Positions 24,501-32,181 of a stretch of DNA of 64,000 nucleotides are shown one piece after another. A program made the translations under genes and the position numbers. Source of the stretch: Balanoglossus misakiensis. Lineage: Eukaryota; Animalia; Hemichordata. The stretch lies in contig CM082581.2 of the NCBI GenBank assembly GCA_040954595.2, positions 1,790,699-1,854,698 on the forward strand, written 5' to 3'. Position 1 is the stretch's first letter, and every line of letters starts with the position of its first letter. The notes below the pieces were generated by a model. The model searched no databases and was not told where the DNA came from. It saw only the letters and a list, made by a program, of their open reading frames with translations.

Positions 24501-27500
24501 ATCTTTATTACATGCCTTCCCGACAATATATATTCATGATAACTTGTATTTACAAGTAAAAAAATAAATTATAAATGTCATTTTCGTGATATCAAGAGGG
24601 AAAACAACAATTTTATCAAAACACTAAGCTTTAAAGTGTATGAATTATTATTTAATTGAAAGTGAAGTGGATCCCTGGGTGTTTCAGTTTCTGTACCGAT
24701 CAACCATCATACATGAATAATCTGGTGCAGTTTTTGGAAAATATTGCTATTTCATCATTTGCAACGTACGAAGTTGTATGGATTGAATTTTAATGTGTTC
24801 AGAAATAAATTATTGTAAAAGCAAAAGTGAATCACTTTTTTCGTTTGGTTTCATATCGATAACAGTTCCAGGTCATCTTGTCGGCCAGTGATGATTTTGC
24901 AGCCCGCTACGTCATGAAACGTTTGATATACGAGGCATTGTAATAAAGTTAGCATTTGACATGTACTTGTCAGGAACTGATTCTCTACCATTGAAAACAC
25001 ACTTGGCCATGATGAGGCTATAAAATCTTACCTATAATTATTCCTACTGTGGTGTAGTCCTCATGAAGGTGCTCTTTTAAGGTGTCGAAATATTTTTCTT
25101 TCATTTCTCTCATAATCAATGCGAAGAATTCTTTTCTTGGTCCTCCATAATCCTTTGCTTGCTAATGAACACAGAGAAAAATAGTGTGAAATTGTTATAT
25201 AAAGACATGAAGCATATGCTCAAAACATGACAAAGTTACTCATCCTGTGACCAGTTTGAGTTTTCTGCAAATATAGAGATAGTTTGGAGCACTGCACATG
25301 CACCATCCAAGCGAACGGGAAGTAGCATTTTTCTCAGGTTACACATCCAATATAGGGTATTTTCAGCTCTCGTACATGGCTAAATAGAGTGTCATTTTTG
25401 GTCAAGTTCATAACCAAATGCAGCCAAGATGTTCAGTCAATGTCATGGCTGTTCAGAAAAGTTCAGAATCCCCGAAAATTTGGGCCTAACCATTCTGCAG
25501 TCATCTCTGGTTTCTGCAATGTTACTCCAGAATATTTATGATTTCAGTTGGCTGTATTCAAATCTATTGTACAGTGTCTTTTAGAGGATCCATTTTTCCT
25601 TCATATAAATATTAAATATTCTCATTGAACAATTAGTTGACAAAATGCCAGCATTGTATATAATTGCACAATGGGGGACAATGTGGACGCTCGTTCTATG
25701 CATCACACATGGTGCTAGTAGGTGGGTAGCAGGTAGGAGGAAGTTTCGTTAGAAGAGATTAATCACATCACTTCTGGGGTCAATTTAAAATAGGTAAAAG
25801 AGTTAAGGTTCAAAGACAAGTAATTGATCCTCTTAATCTAAAAATTTTGTTGCTTAATAAGCTCAGAAGTCAGAACCCCATCAAAAGCCTACCACGGACA
25901 TGCAATTTGCATAACCTTTAATAAATCAATTTGCCCAATGGTTTGTTTTAATGCTTTGAGGTATCACGCTCAAATTTGCGAGAAAGCAAGCTGTCACAAT
26001 GCTTTTTCCAAAGTGTGTCTCATATTTTTTATATCTTGGTTATTTTAGTGTTAAATGATCTTAAAGTTTGTTAATCATAACATTTGTTTTAGAAGATTAA
26101 AAAAAATCTGAGACACACTTCAGTCAAGCATTATGACAACTTGTAACCACAACAATTTCAGGCACATTTAGTTGTTGTTGCAATAATATGCAAATTACTT
26201 GTCATGTGACAGCTATGTAAACAATGGTGATTCAGTGGAATCAAAGATAAGCCCAAAGCTAGTTTTCTCCACTTCTATCCCTGATAAATTGATACATATA
26301 TGTTGCTAAATTTCATAAATACAAGAAATCCTACATTGTACTTTCATTGAACACATCACTCTGAAATATCCAACAAAGTCAGACTTACCTCTCCATAAAA
26401 ATCAACTTCCAAAGTTGTACACAGCTCCTTCACAGATAATGTTGTTATCTCATCAAATCCAGTTTGGAGAACTGACAACCTGTCAACAGTTATGGAAGTG
26501 GTTCTACCCTCAACATGCTGACTTGTGGACTTCAACTCTAATGGTCTGCCTGTCATTACTACTGACTGGTAAAATCGCAGAATTTCAACTGGATTTGTGA
26601 CTGCATTCTCCTTGCAATATTTCACGGTTCTCTGTACAGCATTATTTACCCATAACATGCCATCTTCAATCTCTGGTTCACTATCAATACCATCTCCAAT
26701 TCCAAATATACTGCCTGAATTATCTTCATTATTCCTGGTCTGAAAGTAAACAAATCATTGTAATGAGTTTAATGACACATGACAAATATAAAGTATTTAA
26801 ACGTTCCCCTTTTCAGGTAGGCCTAAATCCTGTCATGTTCTGATTACAGGACGTATCATAGGTGTTAAAGCAAATACTAGTACATGAATAAATTATCCAA
26901 ATATAAGGTTCAACCATATACAAGTTCTCTTGTTGGTGGGACCATAGCAGACTTATGTCACAATTACGAACACAATTGAGCATATTAATTTAAATAATAA
27001 CACATGTTATAATATACACCATGCTAATACTGTGTCGTGATTTGCCAGAATCCGTCACGTGATAGGAAAAGAGTATCAACTATGAATCCCTAGGTAAATA
27101 GCAGAAAAAATATAAACCGGTCACGTGACCAACGTGAGTGAGGTTTATTATAAAACACCTATGGCCTGACGTCCGTGAAGTTGGCCTCATCCTCAGCTTG
27201 AAAAGTCACGCGAATATGAGGATGAGGATGAGGCCAACTTCACGAATGCTGGGCCTGGGCTATATTCGGGCCATTGCAGCCGTTTTTACCCCCTAGTGAC
27301 TGTGAGTTACCATTTTTTAAAATTATTATTATTATCATTATTTAAACGGTGTTTTCTCCAGGATGTTGAGAGAAGGGGGGAATGTTCCCTCTTAGTCCAA
27401 AATTATTGGGGGATTTGGTCAAAGTAGGGGGGAATCATGATTTGCATAATTTATGTTAATTAGGTAAATTTCAAGGAATAACAATTTTGAACGTTATCTT

Positions 27501-29524
27501 ACTAACTGCCTTCATTCCAGCAACTTATGAAGTGCTGGGCTTGCCAGCGTAGGTAGTAGGTACTGTGCAATCTCGTGTGACCTGAGCTACGTAGTGATAG
27601 CGAGACAGAATTACAACATTTTACATGTTAACATGTGACATCTAAACAGTTACAGATTTTTACTACTTTAAATTTGTAGATTTTGCAGAGGAAGACACCA
27701 GCTTGCATAACTTTCAGGGCATGTAATTTTAAAAAGGCCGGAGAGCTGAAAATAACCCCTGAAATTATTTACACAAGTGGTAGGAGAGTGACTAACTGCT
27801 CCCCTGGCAAGGAGAGTGAAATGAATAAAATAAATGCAACTGGAAAAACAAGTGTCTTTCTTTAAAACTATACCTGGGAAAAAATTTCTTGTTTGATTTT
27901 AAAAGTTTCAGTTTTTTTAGCTGTCAAAATATTATATTGTGAAACTATTAATAGTGAAATAAATTGAAGTGGTATATTCCTTCAGATTTCTGCCTACACT
28001 TCCCCATCTGTGGCTAGGCACACTACTCAAATAAATAGTCACTGTACATATTGAATGACTTTCCTTCCAAAGTAAGAAAACAGGTCTTGGAAAACTGATA
28101 CATTCTTGATAATCGCCATGGCATGAATGCAGTTCTTTTAATTTGCATAAAATTGTTACATTCTGCCAACCCAATTTCAAATGTCTCCATAACAACAAGA
28201 TCACTTGAGTGTGTGCTCTAAACTTAGACAGTGTCCAGACAGAGCTCTTTGGCTGTTCCAACAATTGCACACTATAACCCTTGGAGCTAAATTACACGTA
28301 ATTGAATGTGAAAGTCATTTACAACATAGTATTTGGGGGTGGGAAGTTAAAATGTATAGGCCAGCACGCAGTAATATCGGCCGTTTTCCCAGTGTTTTGA
28401 CTGACAGTGCATGCTACGAGGCTTGGACGCGCATGTACTGGCCGGGTGGGCTGCTCAAGAAGGGGCGATTGTCGCCCCCTGAACTTGTTACAAGGGGCGC
28501 TTCAAGTGGGGGGAATCGCGCAATCGCGCGTCCCGGAGAAAACACCAGAATCATACCCCTCAGCAATTTCGATCCCCGTTAGAAACAGAACAAGATGATT
28601 AAAACTTACATGATCCTGTTCAGCATTTTCAGTCAGATCAACAACCATATTGTTCGGAATTTCTTGCGGTGTATCTCGATGTTCAATAGGTCCGAGAGGA
28701 AGCTCTGGGTCTTCATCCGACTCCGATTGAAGAACTGGCAAACACCAGTCGATATGACTGCGTAATTTGTCAATCGTGAACTCTGTGTTGCAACCTCGGC
28801 ACTTTTCTTTCAGACTCGTCCCATGGCTGGTTTGTTCTGTTTCTGTGACGTTCAGATTTTTTTGAATAGGGCGCAAGTATAATTTGGCTTGAGAGCCGAC
28901 ATGGCGCTTTAGCTCCTCGACGCTCCAAGAACATGTTACCGTTTGCAAATTTCGGCAGTTGCCAGTGCAATGCATGATTTCGAAACCTCCGCATTCACTT
29001 AATTGTGGATATTCCGCCTTGATTTTGTTGGCAACATCTTCCTCATCATCGTGGCAGAAAAAAATCATCTTACTTTCCCCAAGTCCCGCCTTGTTAAGAA
29101 CTAGCTTTTCAGCAACTGTTGGAATTCTCTGTTGAAGGCGATCAGCCACACACAAGACACGGACTGTCCATGTCCGGGCCTTTTTGGCGGTTTTCTTACC
29201 TCGACCGACAGTACCAGACGGGGCACCAGCCCGCCCACGCCCACCATTGCCTCTGGCGGGGATAAATAACATGTCTCTTTCAGAGCGTACGGTCTCAGAG
29301 AGTCTTCCATAGTTGCTAGAAGATGCAGATGCTTGATCCATGTCTTCACGGGCGACAGCACGTGAACACTTCTTTCGCAGATCATGCCGGTGTCCCATGG
29401 TCTCTACCCCCAATCTTATGAGTTCACGATCAGTGAGCGATTCTACAGTTTCCGGGGAAATGCGTTCTTGCAAAAAATTTGGTATCAGAGTTGACAATGA
29501 CATAGAACGCAAAATTTCCTCCAT
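21275..29524 (-). CDS. Transposon-borne HECT-type E3 ubiquitin ligase (G2E3-like HECT), 6 exons, 659 aa: SAM-like / basic RG-rich / globular domain / UBZ-like finger / SIM-like / HECT
   Basis: Hand-spliced exons 29524-28610, 26739-26389, 25161-25032, 23618-23473, 23128-22951 and 21534-21275. All introns are GT-AG, phases 0,0,1,0,1 are compatible, total 1980 nt. HECT motifs: V.FYGE-QAKDYGGPRKEFF, LKDGLSTLG, ILQFVTGAEEEP..GF, LPTANTC (catalytic Cys) and Phe at -4 (FGNV*). Confidence 0.85.
21550..21768. mobile_element. Second, left-truncated copy of the same palindromic MITE, ending TGTCCCT|TTAA
   Basis: Shares TTTTTACTCTCATATCATACAAGC.GAATGGAAGGTGTG and ATTAACATAAAC.GT.TCTTGTATCAAACATAAT with 20830-20940. 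Confidence 0.75.
21810..22020. repeat. Cluster of CAGGTCTG/CAGACCTG motifs in both orientations (small foldback-like repeat) in intron 5
   Basis: Roughly ten exact or one-mismatch copies within ~200 bp. Confidence 0.5.
22140..22465. repeat. Diverged interspersed repeat (MITE-like), paralogous to ~25855-26235
   Basis: Shared blocks GCTCAAATTTG..GCAAGCTGTC..AAGTGTGTCTC and TATGCAAATTAC.T.TCATGTGA.AG..ATGTAAACAATGGTGA. Confidence 0.6.
22951..23128 (-). CDS. HECT gene exon 5
   Basis: Acceptor TTTGCATTACCAG, donor GTAAGT. Encodes LCLDLPVFQYLF...PEFADAGSNNRRFEGEVYAVFIKYLREVA. Confidence 0.85.
23473..23618 (-). CDS. HECT gene exon 4
   Basis: Acceptor TTTTTCTTACAG, donor GTAGGT. Encodes (A)LSMIQNGKLAQFLSEDVLRWLFKGSEGEEIPLCIMKLKDGLSTLGIYQ. 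Confidence 0.85.
23883..23914 (+). repeat. Isolated MITE terminus identical to 20630-20661
   Basis: TTAAAGGGACAAAGTCTCTCTCTCGCTGCCCT is exact at both sites. The downstream sequence differs and no matching right end was located. Confidence 0.7.
25032..25161 (-). CDS. HECT gene exon 3 (not in the ORF track)
   Basis: Acceptor TTTTCTCTGTGTTCATTAG, donor GTAAGA. Encodes QAKDYGGPRKEFFALIMREMKEKYFDTLKEHLHEDYTTVGIII. Confidence 0.88.
25855..26235. repeat. Diverged MITE-like repeat in intron 2, paralogous to 22140-22465, with internal dyad
   Basis: Shared blocks as above, plus internal inverted pair AAGTGTGTCTCA (~26011) / TGAGACACACTT (~26109). Confidence 0.6.
26389..26739 (-). CDS. HECT gene exon 2
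   Basis: Acceptor TTTACTTTCAG, donor GTAAGT. Encodes TRNNEDN...NPVEILRFYQSVVMTGRPLE...ITVDRLSVLQTGFDEI...LEVDFYGE. Confidence 0.87.
27174..27244. repeat. Perfect 22-bp inverted repeat with 27-nt loop in intron 1
   Basis: CGTGAAGTTGGCCTCATCCTCA (27174-27195) and TGAGGATGAGGCCAACTTCACG (27223-27244). Confidence 0.9.
28610..29524 (-). CDS. HECT gene exon 1 (305 codons; SAM-like, basic, globular, UBZ-like, SIM-like)
   Basis: First ATG of track ORF 28502..29605 (MEEILRSMSL...). Donor GTAAGT follows ...AEQDH. Confidence 0.87.
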
Positions 29525-29658
29525 GATGATGATGACAGGATACAATGTCCCTGTGCGAACACGCGTGCTTGTCTTAGTGCTACAGATTTTCCCTCTCTTT
29601 TTCACCGGATGTACATTGTAAATGTATCAAATATTTTGGGAGACTGCAGGCCACAGTC

Positions 29659-29666
29659 TATTTATA
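29659..29666 (-). promoter_or_regulatory. Candidate TATA box for the HECT gene
   Basis: TATAAATA on the minus strand ~135 bp upstream of the ATG, with a GC-box-like GGGCGG ~40 bp further upstream, just inside the right TIR arm. Motif evidence only. Confidence 0.35.
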
Positions 29667-29760
29667 GCTGTGGAAACAAAACTGTTCCGCCAGGGGGAGG
29701 ATACCGCCCTCCCGGAACAGCTTGATCTTCTTCTAATGAAGTTAATCTTCTTCTAATGAA

Positions 29761-31073
29761 GTTAAATGCACCACACAACATGTACAAAACCACAGGACAA
29801 CATATAGAAATGCACAAGACAACGTATATGAATGGACAAGACAACATATAGAAATGCACAAGACAATGTATATGAATGGACAAGACAACATATAGAAACG
29901 AACAGGACAACATGTTAAAGGCACACGACAACATATAGAAATGCACAAGACAACGTATATGAATGGACAAGACAACATATAGAAATGCACAAGACAATGT
30001 ATATGAATGGACAAGACAACATATAGAAACGAACAGGACAACATGTTAAAGTCACACGACAACATATATGAATGGACAAGACAACATATAGAAATGCACA
30101 AGACAACGTATATAAATAAACAAGACAACATATAGAAATGCACAGGAAAACATGTTAAAGTCACACCACAACATATATGAATGGACAAGACAACATATAG
30201 AAATGCACAAGACAACGTATATAAATAAACAAGACAACATATAGAAATGAACAGGACAACATATTAAAGGCACACCACAACATATATGAATGGACAAGAC
30301 AACATATAGAAATGCACAAGACAACGTATATAAATAAACAAGACAACATATAGAAATGCACAGGAAAACATGTTAAAGTCACACCACAACATATATGAAT
30401 GGACAAGACAACATATAGAAATGAACAGGACAACATATTAAAGTCACACGACAACATATAGAAATGCACAAGACAACATATAGAAATGCACAAGACAACG
30501 TATATAAATGGACAAGACAACATATAGAAATGAACAGGACAACATAATAAAGTCACACGACAACATATAGAAATGCACAAGACAACATATAGAAATGCAC
30601 AAGACAACGTATATAAATGGACAAGACAACATATAAAAATGAACAGGACAACATAATAAAGTCACACGACAACATATAGAAATACACAAGACAACATATA
30701 GAAATGCACAAGACAACGTATATGAATGGACAAGACAACATATAGAAATGCACAGGACAACATGTTAAATGTACAAGACAGCGTATATGAATGCACAAGA
30801 CAACATGTTAAATGGACAGGACAGCATACATAAATGCACAAGAAAACATGTTAAATGCACAAGACAATATAAAATGCACAAGACAACATGTTAAATGCGC
30901 AGGACCATATATGAAATGCACAAGACAACATGTTAAATGCACAGGACCATATATGATATGCACAAGAAAACATGTTAAATGCACAAGAAAACATGTTAAA
31001 TGTACAAGACAACATGTTAAATGCACAAGAGAACATGAGTTCAGTTCACTTAAGGCAGTTATGGCTTTCCATA
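29761..31073 (-). repeat. Right TIR arm: 21/22-bp subterminal repeat array (109-bp higher-order unit) plus unique tip
   Basis: Reverse complement of the left arm. Repeat-derived ORFs recur at 109-bp offsets (30106/30215/30324; 30607/30716), equal to 4x22+21. Confidence 0.93.
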
Positions 31074-31079
31074 GATCTG
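31074..31079 (+). other. Right 6-bp target-site duplication GATCTG
   Basis: CTTTCCATA|GATCTG-CATC. Confidence 0.95.
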
Positions 31080-32050
31080 CATCATCCCCAACTTCTCGCA
31101 TGAAATATGGCGTTCCACAAGGATCTGTTCTAGGACCTCTCATGTTTACACTCTACACTGCACCTCTGGAAGACATCTTCGGAAAACACGGGATTGATTG
31201 CATGATATACGCGGACGATACGCAAATTTATGCCATCTGCAACAGCCCTAACGATGTTCGCAATAACATTGAGCTCTGCGTCGATGATGTCCGCAGCTGG
31301 ATGAAATCTAACATGCTTGTACTGAATGATGATAAAACTGAAGTTATTCACTTTTCATCACGTTTAAAATCTAATGTGACAACATTAGACTGTCTAAGAA
31401 TCGGACAATGTGACATAATTCCTTCAGTTTCAGTTAAAAATCTCGGCGTTATTTTAAGTCAGGATGGTAGCATGTCTGATCATATTAGTAAGCTGTGCAA
31501 AAATGGTTTCTTCTCTTTGCATAGAATAGCTAAAATTCGTAATCTTCTTGACAGATCTACAACTGAGAAACTAGTTCATGCATTTGTAACGTCTCATTTA
31601 GATTACTGTAATAGTCTTTTGTTTGGTATCCCGAAGGGACATCTAGCTCGACTTCAGTCTCTACAGAATGCTGCGGCGAGGCTAGTTACTCGTACGCGCA
31701 AGTCCGATCATATCACACCCATACTCAAAGATTTACACTGGCTACCGGTAGAGGCCCGCATCAGTTTTAAAATTCTCTTGCTCACATTCAAATGTATCAG
31801 TGGTAAGGCACCCGCCTATTTGACTGATCTTTTACATTTATATGTACCAGCTCGAGAACTGCGCTCTAGTGTTCAATTCTTTTTAACTCATCCTCATGGT
31901 AAATTTAACAAAACCTACGGACAGAGAGCTTTTTAAGTTTGTGCGCCCATTTTATGGAACAATTTACCCCTTGATATCAAAACCGCCAGAAGTGTCAATA
32001 TTTTTAAGCGTAATTTGAAAACATACCTTTTTACTCGGTTTTATGTGTAA
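31080..32050 (+). pseudogene. LINE ORF2, 3' part (RT core and C-terminal domain) with one premature stop at 31934-31936
   Basis: GVPQGSVLGP, YADD and HITPILKDLHWLP. The frame continues past TAA as RAF*VCAPILWNNLP...FKRNLKTYLF to a stop at 32048-32050, matching the conserved RAFS..AP.LWN.LP motif. Confidence 0.93.
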
Positions 32051-32122
32051 CGTGTTCGATTGTGTCCTTTTAACTATTTTTACCAGCCTTGTATTTTTTA
32101 ATCTACTCTTTTAGCTATGTAC

Positions 32123-32181
32123 AATGCGCTGAGACGTATGTGTAGCGCATTTTAAACAATTCTTAATAATAATAATAATAA
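32123..32181 (+). other. LINE 3' recognition stem-loop and (TAA)6 tail
   Basis: AATGCGCT (32123-32130) pairs with AGCGCATT (32144-32151), then TAA x6 at 32164-32181. Typical of L2-group 3' ends. Confidence 0.85.

Larger units (their letters stand above)
17283..31073 (+). mobile_element. Full-length 13,791-bp DNA transposon, IS3EU-like (IS3/integrase-type DDE), carrying a HECT E3 gene
   Basis: The terminal 50 bp are perfect inverted repeats (TATGGAAAGCCATAACTGCCTTAAGTGAACTGAACTCATGTTCTCTTGTG). It has a 6-bp TSD, TA...TA termini, an intact transposase ORF and a second convergent gene. Superfamily label is from recalled IS3EU hallmarks, not a search. Confidence 0.92.
16289..32181 (+). mobile_element. 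5'-truncated non-LTR retrotransposon (L2/CR1 group), ~2.1 kb, split by a DNA transposon
   Basis: RT motifs NYRPVSNLPFLSKLLER, FQSAYR..HSTETAL, LDLSAAFDTIDH, GVPQGSVLGP, YADDTQIY and HLDYCNSLL, plus a 3' stem-loop and a (TAA)6 tail. No TSD. It starts at the APWF motif, downstream of where the endonuclease would lie. Confidence 0.95.

Noticed and set aside
29525-29605. N-terminal extension MKKRGK... of the 367-aa ORF, and its tail after 28610
   Set aside because: The track start is GTG; the first ATG is at 29524, at the SAM-like domain. The tail lies beyond a strong GTAAGT donor.
29725-29764. 20-bp tandem duplication ATCTTCTTCTAATGAAGTTA at the inner edge of the right TIR arm
   Set aside because: Real, but likely a slippage duplication. 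Nothing lies between the copies, so it is not evidence of another insertion.
16289-31936. RT plus integrase read as an LTR retrotransposon, retron or DGR-like system
   Set aside because: The RT is non-LTR type with a 3' tail. The integrase-like ORF lies inside a separate TIR/TSD element that disrupts the RT. No LTRs, gag, protease or RNase H.
31934-31936. Programmed readthrough of the TAA in the LINE C-terminus
   Set aside because: More simply a TCA-to-TAA nonsense mutation in a dead, truncated copy.
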